Positions 1 to 10,715 of a stretch of 64,000 bases of DNA are shown here, piece by piece. Source of the stretch: an uncultured virus (IMG/VR IMGVR_UViG_3300043958_000209) (Duplodnaviria; Heunggongvirae; Uroviricota; Caudoviricetes); the IMG/VR virus record IMGVR_UViG_3300043958_000209. One strand, 5' to 3'. The first letter of the stretch is position 1. Each line of letters opens with the position of its first letter. The notes beneath the pieces were generated by a model. It ran no database searches and was not told the DNA's origin. It was given only the letters and a program-made list of their open reading frames with translations. The translations under genes and the position numbers were made by a program.

Positions 1-222
1 TTATTCATCAAAATCCGGAATAAGCTCACCCGAAAGACTTTCAAATTCCTCATCACTCATAGCTGACAGCTTATCCATCACCGTCTTGGTAAGGGCAAGC
101 AGCTGGGTTTCATCTGCTGCAAGGTGGCTTTGCATTTCGGTAAGCTCGGACAGTAAATCCGTCCTCGAGCCTGTATTGTAAATGCACATCAAATTGCTTT
201 CTTCCACTGTAAATCTGCTCAT
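1..222 (-). CDS. Transposon-transfer assisting (TTRAP-like) small protein
   Basis: MSRFTVEESNLMCIYNTGSR...MSDEEF pattern, directly after the ArdC-like gene as in related ICEs. Confidence 0.7.
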   Translation of the reverse strand: MSRFTVEESNLMCIYNTGSRTDLLSELTEMQSHLAADETQLLALTKTVMDKLSAMSDEEFESLSGELIPDFDE

Positions 223-224
223 AA

Positions 225-2570
225 TCATCGCTCCATTTCCGCACCGTATGAGGGTGCTTTTTTAGATTTTTCTTTTTCCTGCGGTGGCTTTGTTTTAAGC
301 TGTTCCATGACAGACTGCTTTTCTTCTTTGACCGCATTTGCCAAATCAAGCAAAGAAATTGTGCCGCCTGCCTTGACGGTCTGTTCCAGTTCGGCAACGG
401 TTGGCTGATTGTTTAAGATACCGTCAATCTGATTGTAGTTTTGCTCGGTGGACATTTCAGCGGTACGGAGGGGGTTATCCTCGTTTCTGATGGCAAAGGC
501 ACGAGTGCCATTGCCCATAATGTGATATGCACCGTCATCAGAGCTGTGGTGGTAGCCATAGCCTGCCGCTTTCATCTGTTCCGTTGTCATATCGGCAAGA
601 GAAAAACTACCTCGAGGGGTTTGTATTTTTTCGCCTGTAAGGAAGTTATCCGGCACAAGGGGTGTAGGCTCTCCAAACTGTGGCAGCTCCTTAAAATCAT
701 AGCTGTCGCAGTAATGGTATGTTACAACACCGTTTTGCTTGATAGCAACGATGTCGCTGACAGAGAGGGAATGACCTTTGAAATCGGCAGGGTGGTCATT
801 GTTAAAACGCTCCCATATTTCCTCAAACCTATCCCTTTGACTTGCATACTGTGTAAATGGCTCGGTATATACAAAATTGTAGTTGTCGCGCTCCACCAAA
901 AGGTCACGGCTCTTTAGCAAGTCCAGTCCTTCAAAGCGGTAATCTCTAAGCTCGTCATCGTCTTTAAACTGATAAATGGCGAAGGCATCTTTGCTGTGTT
1001 CTAAAAAGAGCTGTTCGCTCATGTCGGGCGAGAGCTTATCCGTACCTTTCATTTCCTCGTATTCTTGCAGGGCAAGCCAGTCGGCTTTTTCTATGCCAAA
1101 CAAACCGCTGTGATTGTCAATATCCTCACGGTCAAAAGCCATTGCTTCGGTGTTATCCTCGTAAAGCAGATACACCGTCAAATCCTGTTCAAACAGCTCG
1201 ATGGCTCTTTCCTTTGAGAGAGGTAACAGCTCATCGGAGAGATAGCCGTAGGCATTGCGGTCTGCAATACTCACATCGGGGTCGGGCACGGGGTGACTGT
1301 GTTTCTCGATAGGCGGCTCGGGCAATGGTGCTTTTTCGGTAGCTGCCACAGGTTCAATGTTGTCAAAATGCTCTTTGAGGTCATCAAAGTCATTCCAAAC
1401 ATCTTCCAATACAAGGTTTGCATCGCTGTCTATGATTACGCAGGGTGCAATGTCACCATGTTCCTCATGTTCAAGAAGAAAATATTTTGTTCCGTCAATA
1501 ACCTTGGTATCAATGACATACCAAGTGCCGATATGCCCCTCAACTTCAATGTTAGAGCTGCCCTCGGTAATTTCATTCTTAGCAATGTCGGGGGCTTGCT
1601 GCAATGCAGGTGTTTCTGTGGCAATATCCATACCACGCTCTTTTATAATCTCGGCAAAGTGAGTATCAATACCACTTATCAGCACCGATGAGGTCTTGTT
1701 TATGGTTTCAAGAGAAGCACGAAGCTCGGCAAGTTCCTTGCCCTTGCTCCAAGTGGCAATATATCCCAAGCTGTTCTCGGCGGTCTGTATGCCGTAATAA
1801 CTGCAAACGGCAAAGGAAATACTTTCGGCTTCAACTTCCTCAGTGTTGCGGTCTTTGGGTTTCATCGGCTTTTTGTTTTCGCACTGCTGTGCTTGCAGTT
1901 CCTTTTCCATTTCTCGGTTGTGCAGGAGAGAGTGTGCAACTTCGTGAATGGCGGCAGAAATGGTCTGTACCTCGCTCATACCCTCACGGATTGCAATTCT
2001 CTTATCCTCAATGTGATAGTAGCCGTCCGTATCCTCAGACATCGGCTTGATTTCAATGGGAACAGGTGCGGTACGTTTCACCGCTTCCATGAATACCTCA
2101 AACTGCTCCACATTGCCCGTCAAATTGCTTGCAAGGGTTGGTAGCGGCTCACCCTCTGTTTGCGAAACATCAAACACCGATACCACACGAAACATGGGTA
2201 TCTGAATTTCCACTTCCTCGGTCTGCACCTTGCCGCTTGCATCAAGGATAGGTGCTTTGGTCTGTGGGTCGAGTTTTTCTCGTTCCTCTTTGATTTTGTA
2301 AGGGGTGGGTGCAATGATTTTAATGCCCTTTTCTCCCTTTTTGACATAACGGGAAAATCCGTCACGCCATTTGTTAAAGCCTGCAACGAGAGTTGCATCG
2401 GGTTTTTGCATGGATATAAGCATGGTGTTGTTAAGAGAGTATTTGTGAAAGCGGCTCATGGTCTGAAGATAGCTCTTGTATTTATCGCTCTCAAAAAGTT
2501 CCTTTATGCCTGCTTCAATGCTGTCGGTTATCTCTTTTAACCGTTCTTTTGGGTTTTGTTTTTCTGCCAT
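225..2570 (-). CDS. ArdC-like ssDNA-binding/metallopeptidase polyvalent protein with YodL-like and DUF4316-like C-terminal domains
   Basis: N-terminal FHKYSLNN/VKKGEKGI motifs, HEVAH zinc motif, FKGHSLSVSDIV (YodL-like) and NPLRTAEMSTEQNYNQIDG tail. Confidence 0.8.
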   Translation of the reverse strand: MAEKQNPKERLKEITDSIEAGIKELFESDKYKSYLQTMSRFHKYSLNNTMLISMQKPDATLVAGFNKWRDGFSRYVKKGEKGIKIIAPTPYKIKEEREKLDPQTKAPILDASGKVQTEEVEIQIPMFRVVSVFDVSQTEGEPLPTLASNLTGNVEQFEVFMEAVKRTAPVPIEIKPMSEDTDGYYHIEDKRIAIREGMSEVQTISAAIHEVAHSLLHNREMEKELQAQQCENKKPMKPKDRNTEEVEAESISFAVCSYYGIQTAENSLGYIATWSKGKELAELRASLETINKTSSVLISGIDTHFAEIIKERGMDIATETPALQQAPDIAKNEITEGSSNIEVEGHIGTWYVIDTKVIDGTKYFLLEHEEHGDIAPCVIIDSDANLVLEDVWNDFDDLKEHFDNIEPVAATEKAPLPEPPIEKHSHPVPDPDVSIADRNAYGYLSDELLPLSKERAIELFEQDLTVYLLYEDNTEAMAFDREDIDNHSGLFGIEKADWLALQEYEEMKGTDKLSPDMSEQLFLEHSKDAFAIYQFKDDDELRDYRFEGLDLLKSRDLLVERDNYNFVYTEPFTQYASQRDRFEEIWERFNNDHPADFKGHSLSVSDIVAIKQNGVVTYHYCDSYDFKELPQFGEPTPLVPDNFLTGEKIQTPRGSFSLADMTTEQMKAAGYGYHHSSDDGAYHIMGNGTRAFAIRNEDNPLRTAEMSTEQNYNQIDGILNNQPTVAELEQTVKAGGTISLLDLANAVKEEKQSVMEQLKTKPPQEKEKSKKAPSYGAEMER

Positions 2571-2596
2571 AGGGGTGTACTCCTTTCAGTTTTTTA

Positions 2597-2625
2597 TTGT
2601 TTATGGTGTTATTTTTCGATATAAT
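2597..2625 (+). promoter_or_regulatory. Sigma-A-like promoter for the antisense cargo gene
   Basis: TTGTTT-17 bp-TATAAT upstream of the GGAGG RBS at 2647. Confidence 0.55.
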
Positions 2626-2658
2626 ATAATCAGTAAATAAATTTTCGGAGGACTTTTG

Positions 2659-3300
2659 ATGGATGTAGAAATGCCTAATGAAAAAGAACTGGAAGTTTTA
2701 ACATTGTTCTACAATCGGTTTTATGATTTATATGATGAAATTACAAACGATAATTTCATGAACATTGATGCTGAAATACGCTTTTTCAAATTAAGAGAAG
2801 CTTTTTCTATATACAAAGAATTACTGAGTTATGAGCCAATAAAAAGCTACATTAAATGGATGAAAACGGGTGGAAAACCTCCGTTACAAGGTATCATTGC
2901 AGATGATTTATTCAGTTTTATCCGAAATCTGCTGTTGCATTTTCCTGTTTTTAGAACATGGGATGAAGTGTATATAAATAAAAATCTTGCTACTTGGAGC
3001 AAAGTAGGGCAAATTGATAAGTTTTTGCATAAAGCTACAATGATAAAAATTGACGGAACAGGAACGCTTGAGTATAGAATTTGGGAAAACTCCAATAAAA
3101 AAATGACTTATTTTTCAATAAATTTCCCTGAGAAGTATGAACAAAACAACATTTACTTGAAGGACATAATTTCTGAACAAGTAGGAATGAAATTTTGTAT
3201 GGCTCTAATGATAGAAATATTAGATAAACAAGTAGAAAATGCTGATGAACCCAATATTGTAATTATGTCGCAGGTATTGATGCCAATAGAACCAAATTAG
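2659..3300 (+). CDS. AT-rich cargo protein, possible HEPN-domain RNase
   Basis: 213 aa ORF with RBS on the strand opposite the ICE backbone. Contains the R-x4-H motif RNLLLH (2923-2940). Confidence 0.55.
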   Translation: MDVEMPNEKELEVLTLFYNRFYDLYDEITNDNFMNIDAEIRFFKLREAFSIYKELLSYEPIKSYIKWMKTGGKPPLQGIIADDLFSFIRNLLLHFPVFRTWDEVYINKNLATWSKVGQIDKFLHKATMIKIDGTGTLEYRIWENSNKKMTYFSINFPEKYEQNNIYLKDIISEQVGMKFCMALMIEILDKQVENADEPNIVIMSQVLMPIEPN

Positions 3301-3349
3301 TTATAGTTATAAAACAATAGCCTCCACAGTTGGGGCGACTTGTTTTATC

Positions 3350-5410
3350 TTACCTCGTGCCAAACTCCATTGTAAAATTCACAAACCGACCACCTGTATC
3401 ATCAAGAACAACAACACAGTCATAGGTCTTGCCTGTCTTTTCAGAATAGCAGCCTTTCAGCGGCACTTTTCCGTTTTTCAAAAGCTCCGTAACAATCGCC
3501 TTTGTCACGGTCTTTTTCTTTGCGGTGAAAAAGCGGTTTTCTTTCCAAATTGCAAAGCCGCAAGCCTTATCAGAACAGCAAAAGCCCTTTTTATTTTCAC
3601 TAACTGCACCGCCGCAGCGAGGGCATTTTCCTACGCTCTCACGGTCGGACAGAAAGAGGGTATCTGCTCCCTTAATCATTTCATAGGTATTTACAAGGGC
3701 GGTGGTCATGCTCACAATCTCCGATAAAAAGCCATCGGCTGACAGCTCCCCAAGCTCTATAAGTTTCAGTTTTTCTTCCCATTCTGCTGTCATCAAAGGG
3801 GATTGCACCTGTTCGGGCAATACGGTGACTAAGGCTGTGCCTTTGTGGGTAGCAGTGAAATACTTGGTCTTTTTATCACCCTTACGCTCGGCAAGCCCCG
3901 ATTTAATCAGCTTTTCCAAAATGCCTGCCCTCGTTGCCGGAGTGCCAATACCTTTACGCTTTGCATCGGTTTCTGCTCTGTTGGCATTTTCCATAGAGGA
4001 CAGCAGGGTATCGTCTGTAAAAGGCTTTGGCGGTGAGGTTTTACCCTCCTTAATTTCAGCCTTTGCGGTAAACACTTCGCCCTGGTCAATGCTTGGCAGG
4101 GCTTGGTCTTTATCTTCTTTTTCCTGTTCGCCCTTATAGAGCTTTTGTACCGTCTTAAAACCGTCTTGCAGAACGGTTTTCCCTTTGGCTGTGAAAACGG
4201 ACTCACCACATTTTGCAGTGATAACCGTTTCACTGTATCGGTGGGTATCGCCTACGGCAACCAAAAGGCATATCTCAAGGAGTAACAGCGTTTCACGCTC
4301 TCCATGCGGCAGGCTCTGCACATCAAGCCCCTTTGTGTTCATGGTGGGAATAATGGCATGGTGGTCGCTGACTTTGGAATTATCAATGACCTGTGCCGTG
4401 TTGACAGGCAGCTCGACGGCACTCTGCATAAAAAAAGCCGCCGTAGCTTTCGCTAAGACGGGAATACCGCTTTCCATATCCTCGGTTAAAAATCGGCTGT
4501 CAGTTCGAGGGTAGGTGATGTATTTCTTTTCATAAAGGCTCTGTGCATACTGTAAGGTCTGCTCGGCGGTAAAACCTAACAGCTTATTGGCTTCACGTTG
4601 TAAGGTGGTAAGGTCATAGAGCTTTGGCGGCTTTTCTGATTTTTCCTTTTGCTCAATGCTTTCGATTACAACATCTTGACCGTCACAAGCTGTTAAAACC
4701 GCAGTAGCCTGTGTCTTGTCCTTGAGCTTTTCACCTATAAGGGAAAATCCATTACAGGCGAGATGTACCGTGTAAAATGGTTCGGGCTTAAAAACGGAGA
4801 TAGCGGCATCACGCTCACAAATCATGGCGAGGGTGGGTGACATCACTCGTCCGATATTTAGGGTCTGATTGTAAAGAACGGAAAACAGACGAGTGGCATT
4901 GATACCCACAATCCAATCGGCTTTTGCCCTGCACAGGGCAGCTTCATAGAGGTTATCATACTCTTTACCGTCCTTGAGATTTTCAAAGCCCTTTTGAATG
5001 GCGGTATCCTCGAGGGAGGAAATCCAAAGCCTTTTGATAGGCTTTTTGCACTTTGCTTTATCGTACACAAGACGGAAGATAAGTTCCCCCTCTCGCCCTG
5101 CATCGGTGGCACAGATGACGGTATCTACTCGGCTGTCATTTAACAGCTTTTTCAGCACATCAAACTGCTTTTTTGTACTGTTTGAAACTTGGTATTGCCA
5201 AAGGGCAGGAAGTATGGGTAAATCCCCATACCTCCACTTGGCATATTTTTCATCGTAGCTGTCGGCAGGGGCAAGCTCCACCAAATGCCCTACACACCAC
5301 GAAACAATATATCCATTGCCCTCGGTATAACCGTCCTTGCGGCTTGTTGCACTTATAATCTTTGCAATGCTCTGTGCAACGCTTGGTTTTTCTGCTATGA
5401 CTAACTGCAT
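3350..5410 (-). CDS. topB: DNA topoisomerase III
   Basis: LVIAEKPS, ATDAGREGE and ITYPRTD motifs with a C-terminal Zn ribbon. Start moved to the ATG at 5410 behind an RBS. Confidence 0.95.
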   Translation of the reverse strand: MQLVIAEKPSVAQSIAKIISATSRKDGYTEGNGYIVSWCVGHLVELAPADSYDEKYAKWRYGDLPILPALWQYQVSNSTKKQFDVLKKLLNDSRVDTVICATDAGREGELIFRLVYDKAKCKKPIKRLWISSLEDTAIQKGFENLKDGKEYDNLYEAALCRAKADWIVGINATRLFSVLYNQTLNIGRVMSPTLAMICERDAAISVFKPEPFYTVHLACNGFSLIGEKLKDKTQATAVLTACDGQDVVIESIEQKEKSEKPPKLYDLTTLQREANKLLGFTAEQTLQYAQSLYEKKYITYPRTDSRFLTEDMESGIPVLAKATAAFFMQSAVELPVNTAQVIDNSKVSDHHAIIPTMNTKGLDVQSLPHGERETLLLLEICLLVAVGDTHRYSETVITAKCGESVFTAKGKTVLQDGFKTVQKLYKGEQEKEDKDQALPSIDQGEVFTAKAEIKEGKTSPPKPFTDDTLLSSMENANRAETDAKRKGIGTPATRAGILEKLIKSGLAERKGDKKTKYFTATHKGTALVTVLPEQVQSPLMTAEWEEKLKLIELGELSADGFLSEIVSMTTALVNTYEMIKGADTLFLSDRESVGKCPRCGGAVSENKKGFCCSDKACGFAIWKENRFFTAKKKTVTKAIVTELLKNGKVPLKGCYSEKTGKTYDCVVVLDDTGGRFVNFTMEFGTR

Positions 5411-5575
5411 ATATTTATCCCTCCTTATGCGGTTTTTGAGTGTCGGTTTTTTCGTGTACAATGATGAGCTTACGGATTTTCTGCTCCTTTTTCGGCGGTC
5501 TGTCTGTGACAGGTGGCGGCGAACACTGGGGCTTTTGCATCATCATTCTTTCGTAGGCACTGTCGGTAAAATATT

Positions 5576-6292
5576 TCATTTGCTATCGTCCTCACTTTCT
5601 TCGGGAGCGTCCTCCTGTTCCTCAGAGGTCGGCTCATATTCGTCCTCGTCCTCATCATCGCTGTAATCATACTCGTTCATATTGGGGTTGCTCTGCGGCT
5701 TTGCCTTATTTTTTACCACCTTGAAATAGTAGAAAGCACCACCGCCGATTAAGCCAAACGCACCAAGGAGTGCCACAATCCCCATCGGGTTTCCCTTGCT
5801 TTTTTCGGGCTGTGGCTCGGCAGGCTCGGTCAGCTCGGGAGCTTTGCCTGTGCAGCTTACTCTGTCGGTACTGCATACAGAGCAATCAGCATTTACCGCA
5901 CCGGCTTCGCATTTTTCCTTGCAAGAGCAAACTTTAGGCTCGGTTGGGGCATCTTCCATGAGGGCAAGCAAATCGGCTTCGTCTACCATGTTCAAAAGGT
6001 AAACATTGTCCTCTTTGCCTGCACGGTCAATGACAAGGTAATAATAGTTGCCGTTTTTGGACACAGCGGTAATAAACTGCTTATCAATCTCGTCTGTTCG
6101 CTCCACATCGTCCACAAGGGTTAAATTGCCCTCGGGGGTGAGAGGAACAGAGGGGGTGGGTGTTTCTGTCACTTCGGGTATCGGCTCGGTAGTATCCTCG
6201 CCACCGCCTGCAAAGGCAGTGGTGGAAAAGGCGGTCATGCAAAGCACCGTCATAAGCATAACGGCAAAAATACGGATTTTAGTTTTCTTCAT
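5576..6292 (-). CDS. DUF4366 / CD1107-family ICE surface protein
   Basis: Signal peptide, PLTPEGNLTLVDD and LNMVDEADLLAL motifs, Cys cluster, C-terminal TM helix and acidic tail. Confidence 0.8.
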   Translation of the reverse strand: MKKTKIRIFAVMLMTVLCMTAFSTTAFAGGGEDTTEPIPEVTETPTPSVPLTPEGNLTLVDDVERTDEIDKQFITAVSKNGNYYYLVIDRAGKEDNVYLLNMVDEADLLALMEDAPTEPKVCSCKEKCEAGAVNADCSVCSTDRVSCTGKAPELTEPAEPQPEKSKGNPMGIVALLGAFGLIGGGAFYYFKVVKNKAKPQSNPNMNEYDYSDDEDEDEYEPTSEEQEDAPEESEDDSK

Positions 6293-6530
6293 TCTTGTTT
6301 TCCTCCTGTTTTTCAGATAAAAAAGGCACACCGCTTTTACTGCGGTATGCCGTGATAACATCGGTTAAATTTTCTGTGCTGATTTTCGCACCTCGGATAA
6401 GTCCGATAATTTCAAGGTTTTCAAACTCGGTTTTTTGCTTGTTCAGTTCTTCCCATTTCCCTTGCAAAAGCCCGATTTTATCCTCGATTTTCTTCATATC
6501 GGAAAGCACCTTTTTTAGTTTTGCATTCAA
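6279..6530 (-). CDS. DUF4315-family small coiled-coil ICE protein
   Basis: KTEFENLEIIGLIR motif and position between the CHAP gene and DUF4366 gene. Confidence 0.75.
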   Translation of the reverse strand: MNAKLKKVLSDMKKIEDKIGLLQGKWEELNKQKTEFENLEIIGLIRGAKISTENLTDVITAYRSKSGVPFLSEKQEENKNEEN

Positions 6531-6542
6531 ATCCTTTCCTCC

Positions 6543-8306
6543 TTAATTCATAAGCCCATAGCCCATAATCACACTGCTGTTTAGGTCATAATCTCTGATT
6601 TTGCAGGCATCGCCGCTGTTTCCCTCCACGGTGTAAACACGGTTTCCGTCTGTGCCGATAACAATACCCACATGGTCGGAGCTGCCATCGCCCTCCCAAT
6701 CGAAGAAGATAACATCGCCGGGGGCAATGTCCTTGTACCCTCTGTTTGCCCATTGTCCTTTGGACGAGAAGTAAGGGATACCCTGTGACTGGCAGGCGGC
6801 AAACTTAGGCTCGGAATACCCTGCTTGATTAAGCACCCATGACACAAAGCAGGCACACCATTCCACACGGTAATCAAAGCCATACCATGACCAATAAGGC
6901 TGACCGCCTACATTTCCCACCTGTGATTTTGCAATGTCCACGATATTTTGATTGCCCGGTCTTTCGCCATTTACAAAGTCAACACCGCTTAAATCAGTGG
7001 AGGGGCTACCGTCAATAGATCCGCCGCCAAAGAGCAGCGGTTTATTGCCTTTCGTTTGCAGATAGACATTGTACATTTGGAGCTGTTCAGCAGAAAGCAG
7101 GTTGTTTGCAACGGCATTTATGCCGCTATTGGTTAGGCTGACATTTAGAATGTAGTAATCATACGGCACTTGCACCTCATAGGTATCGGAGTGGGTATTT
7201 CCGTCCTCGTCTGTCCATGTGTCCGTCCTTGTTTCGGTGCGATAGCGTACCTCTACCGTTTCCGTCAGCGTGAGCTTGTATTGCTTTTCAAACACCCTCT
7301 GTAATTCGCCCTGCACCTCGCTTGCCTTGAAATATTGCAGTAAGGCGGTAAGGTATGATGCAAGCTGATGGGGGTCGTGTGCTATGGGGTCTAAGTCATA
7401 GCGGTACTCATCATAATCGGGATAATTCCTTTCGATGTTGTTAATCTGTGCCTGCAACGCTGTTTCAAGTGCTGTGTAGTTGTTGTTGGCGGCGATGAGT
7501 TCCTCGTTTTCGGAAGTGTAAGAGGTGGATACCACATTGGTTATCGCCCCTTGAAACATGACCGAGCAGGAAGAAACCGCCCCGGCAATTAAGGTAATCA
7601 TCAAAAATAGGGCAAGTAGAATGAGCAATACTTTTGGTTTTTTAGCAACCGCCGATACTGCCTTTGATACCGTGTCAGCCCCTTTTTTAATCGCTGATTT
7701 TATGGTCTTGGAGGTGGTCTGTGCTGCCTTTGTGCCTTTCCCGTACCGTGTGGCAATGTACTGTTTTTTAATGGCTCTTTTTTGCTGAAAGCGAGAAATA
7801 GGGTTACTTGCCGCCTGTGGGTTATCCCGAATACTTTTCTTGTAAAGGACATTCACATCGGCTTGTATGCTCTTTTTCTCTGCCTTTGCCAGTGTGCGGT
7901 AGGGCTTCAGCTTGTGGGAGTGATAGGCACTTTGAATACGGTGTACAGCAAATTCACCTGCCTTTTCGGTGCCGTGTGCGGCTTCAAGCCCCACATTGTC
8001 CTGCTCATCTTCGCTGATTTTCTTATGCACAGCAGACAGGACAGCCCTCTCGGGAGCTTTTTTAATGCCATGCTCAAGTTTTGAGGGTGGCTTTGGCTTA
8101 TCCACTTCCTCAAAATGCAAACGCACCGTCTTTTTGCCAGTGTCGGCATCAACGGTGCGTTCTTTGGTTTTTACTGTTTTCTTCGGTATATTGGTTTGTG
8201 CCTTTTCCAGTTTATCAGCCGCTTTTTCTGATTTTGCTATGGGCTTTTCTAAGGTCGGGTCGGCTCGTTCTTCTTCGGTAAATTGCAGTCTTGATTGTTT
8301 TTTCAT
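6543..8306 (-). CDS. Conjugative cell-wall hydrolase with C-terminal CHAP domain (CD1108-like)
   Basis: TM segment, then EWCACFVSW, DHVGIV and TVEGNS CHAP motifs. Confidence 0.9.
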   Translation of the reverse strand: MKKQSRLQFTEEERADPTLEKPIAKSEKAADKLEKAQTNIPKKTVKTKERTVDADTGKKTVRLHFEEVDKPKPPSKLEHGIKKAPERAVLSAVHKKISEDEQDNVGLEAAHGTEKAGEFAVHRIQSAYHSHKLKPYRTLAKAEKKSIQADVNVLYKKSIRDNPQAASNPISRFQQKRAIKKQYIATRYGKGTKAAQTTSKTIKSAIKKGADTVSKAVSAVAKKPKVLLILLALFLMITLIAGAVSSCSVMFQGAITNVVSTSYTSENEELIAANNNYTALETALQAQINNIERNYPDYDEYRYDLDPIAHDPHQLASYLTALLQYFKASEVQGELQRVFEKQYKLTLTETVEVRYRTETRTDTWTDEDGNTHSDTYEVQVPYDYYILNVSLTNSGINAVANNLLSAEQLQMYNVYLQTKGNKPLLFGGGSIDGSPSTDLSGVDFVNGERPGNQNIVDIAKSQVGNVGGQPYWSWYGFDYRVEWCACFVSWVLNQAGYSEPKFAACQSQGIPYFSSKGQWANRGYKDIAPGDVIFFDWEGDGSSDHVGIVIGTDGNRVYTVEGNSGDACKIRDYDLNSSVIMGYGLMN

Positions 8307-8318
8307 CGCACACCGCCT

Positions 8319-10715
8319 TTACTCCTGTTTGGTTTCGTCCAACTTGGTAGTCATAATGCTGTAAAGCTCAGTGTTCTTCGGGAATTTATCCACGAAAGGC
8401 AAAATGACATTACCATAGAACAACAAACCCTCACCAACACCGCTGCCTGTCACATAAGAGAGCTGATGAGGGGAAATATTAAGCTGTTTGGCAAGTATCT
8501 GCCTATCGCCTGCCGCTTGGTTGAGCATATACACAAAGTCGGAGTTTTCAAAGATGTTCTCCACTTCTCGAGAGGATAGCAGGTCTTTGATGTTCTGCGT
8601 AATCGCTGTGGGAATACCGCCCCATTTACGAAAGCGTTTCCAAATCTCCACCGAGTAGGCGGCGGTTTGTTCCTCTTTGAGTAGCAAATGAAACTCGTCC
8701 ATATAGTAGCGAGTGGAGCGTTTCTCTGCACGGTTTATGGTTACTCTGTTCCACACTTGGTCTTGGACGATTAACATACCGAGCTTTTTAAGCTGTTTAC
8801 CCAATTCCTTAATATCGTAGCAGACAGTACGGTTTGTAATATCCACATTTGTCCTGTGGTTGAACACGCTAAGACTACCTGTGACATAGATTTCAAGAGC
8901 AGAACGGATATGCTTTGCTTCTTTTTCCTCCTGTCTGCCTAAGGCATCGTAAAGGTCACCCAAAATTGGCATTTTGGCAGGGTCGGGGTCGGCAAGGTAT
9001 TCTGCATAAACGAGAGTAACACAGCGGTCAATAATGGATTTTTCCACAGGGGTCAATCCCTCTTTACCGCCGACAATCAGCTCACACAAGGAGAGGATAA
9101 AATCGCTCTTTAGTGCAAGAGGGCTATCGTCCTCAGAGTAGTTGAGGTTGATGTCCATAGGGTTGATGTACTGGCTGCTTGTAGGCGATATCTTGATAAC
9201 CTGTCCTTTGAGCCTTTGCACAAGGGAAAAATATTCACCCTCGGGGTCGCACACGATGATGTCATCGGTGGTAATCAGAAATACATTGGTAATTTCTCGC
9301 TTGGCGGCAAAGGATTTACCACTGCCGGGTGTACCGAGGATAAGCCCGTTGGGGTTTTTGAGCTGCTTTCGGTCTACCATGATGAGGTTGCTTGACAGAG
9401 CGTTTAAGCCATAGTATAAGGCTTCGCCGCCCGACTGAAAAAGCTCCTGTGTGGTAAAAGGCACAAAAATAGCGGTGCTTGAGGTGGTCAAGCTCCTCTG
9501 TATGGGTACAAGATTTTTTCCGAGGGGTAAGGAAGTCATAAAGCCTTGCTCCTGCTGATAATCAAGCCTTATGAGGGTGCAGTTGTGCTTGTTGGCAATG
9601 CCGCTTGCTTGGAGCAGGATATTGTCCAGTTCCTTTTTGCTGTCGGCGGTATTCAGCACAAGGAATGTGATTAAAAACATTCGCTCGTTTCGGCTTTGCA
9701 GGTCGGTAAGGAGTTTTTTGGCTTCACCGCCATAGGTGGCAAGGTCTGACGGAATGATGTCCATGTCATAGCCTGCACGAACAGCCTTTTTCTGTTCCTC
9801 AATCTTCATTTTGTCGAGGTCTGTAATTTTACGCTTAATAGTTTTGATTGCTTTCATTTGGTCTACCGACTGAATGTGCATGGTAACGACGAGGTTGCTT
9901 TCCATTTCCAAAAAGTCGGACAGTACACGGTCGTTCAGCTCGGGGGCGAGTATCTGCAAAAAGGATACCGCACCGTATTTATCGCCTGTTCTGAATGTGC
10001 CTTTCTCCTTAAACTCAAAAGAGGACGGGGCGATAAAGTCCTTTGTACTAAGCCCCGAGGGTGCAAGCCAGTTCCATTCAAAGGAAAAGGGGGCATTGCC
10101 ACTCATTCTAAGGATATTGTGCATGAGCTTTAACCGTTGTTTTCCGTCAAGGGAGGTGAGATGCACACCCAATCGCTTAAATGCGTTCCACAGGTCATTT
10201 TCAATGCGTTCAAGACGGGGCTTGGCGATTTTGATATTCTCGGCTTCAATACCAAAGGTAAGGTATTTTGTTTTCACGAGTCCGTTGTTGCCCCTTGCAA
10301 GCTGATTGTGCAGCATCTCACTGTACTCTGTTCGGATACTGTCGAAATCATCTGCCTGCGGAGCGATGAACACGCTTTTTTCAAAGTCCTTTGTATTCGC
10401 TGTGGTGTTTAAGAATGTGAGCTGAAATTTGATTGTGCTGTCAAAGTAATTGAGGAAGTCGCACCAACTTTCAAAAATGGCGGTCTTGTCCTCGTTCTGT
10501 GCAATCTGATAATTGATGTCATCAAATTGCAGGGTTTTGGTGTAGAGCTTATCACCCACATGACAGATACCATCGGGGAAGATATGACGGTAAGGGATAC
10601 TGTCCTGTGCAGACTTTACACCTTTGGGTTTATTGTTCGCCCTTTGCACCGCACTTGCGATGCTTTGCTTTTCCACTCGGGTGAGCTTTATGGGCTTCTT
10701 TTCGATTTTTGACAA
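8319..10715 (-). CDS. virB4: VirB4-like conjugal transfer ATPase
   Basis: Walker A GTPGSGKS, Walker B YYMDEFH, WKRFRKWGG motif. Confidence 0.95.
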   Translation of the reverse strand: MSKIEKKPIKLTRVEKQSIASAVQRANNKPKGVKSAQDSIPYRHIFPDGICHVGDKLYTKTLQFDDINYQIAQNEDKTAIFESWCDFLNYFDSTIKFQLTFLNTTANTKDFEKSVFIAPQADDFDSIRTEYSEMLHNQLARGNNGLVKTKYLTFGIEAENIKIAKPRLERIENDLWNAFKRLGVHLTSLDGKQRLKLMHNILRMSGNAPFSFEWNWLAPSGLSTKDFIAPSSFEFKEKGTFRTGDKYGAVSFLQILAPELNDRVLSDFLEMESNLVVTMHIQSVDQMKAIKTIKRKITDLDKMKIEEQKKAVRAGYDMDIIPSDLATYGGEAKKLLTDLQSRNERMFLITFLVLNTADSKKELDNILLQASGIANKHNCTLIRLDYQQEQGFMTSLPLGKNLVPIQRSLTTSSTAIFVPFTTQELFQSGGEALYYGLNALSSNLIMVDRKQLKNPNGLILGTPGSGKSFAAKREITNVFLITTDDIIVCDPEGEYFSLVQRLKGQVIKISPTSSQYINPMDINLNYSEDDSPLALKSDFILSLCELIVGGKEGLTPVEKSIIDRCVTLVYAEYLADPDPAKMPILGDLYDALGRQEEKEAKHIRSALEIYVTGSLSVFNHRTNVDITNRTVCYDIKELGKQLKKLGMLIVQDQVWNRVTINRAEKRSTRYYMDEFHLLLKEEQTAAYSVEIWKRFRKWGGIPTAITQNIKDLLSSREVENIFENSDFVYMLNQAAGDRQILAKQLNISPHQLSYVTGSGVGEGLLFYGNVILPFVDKFPKNTELYSIMTTKLDETKQE

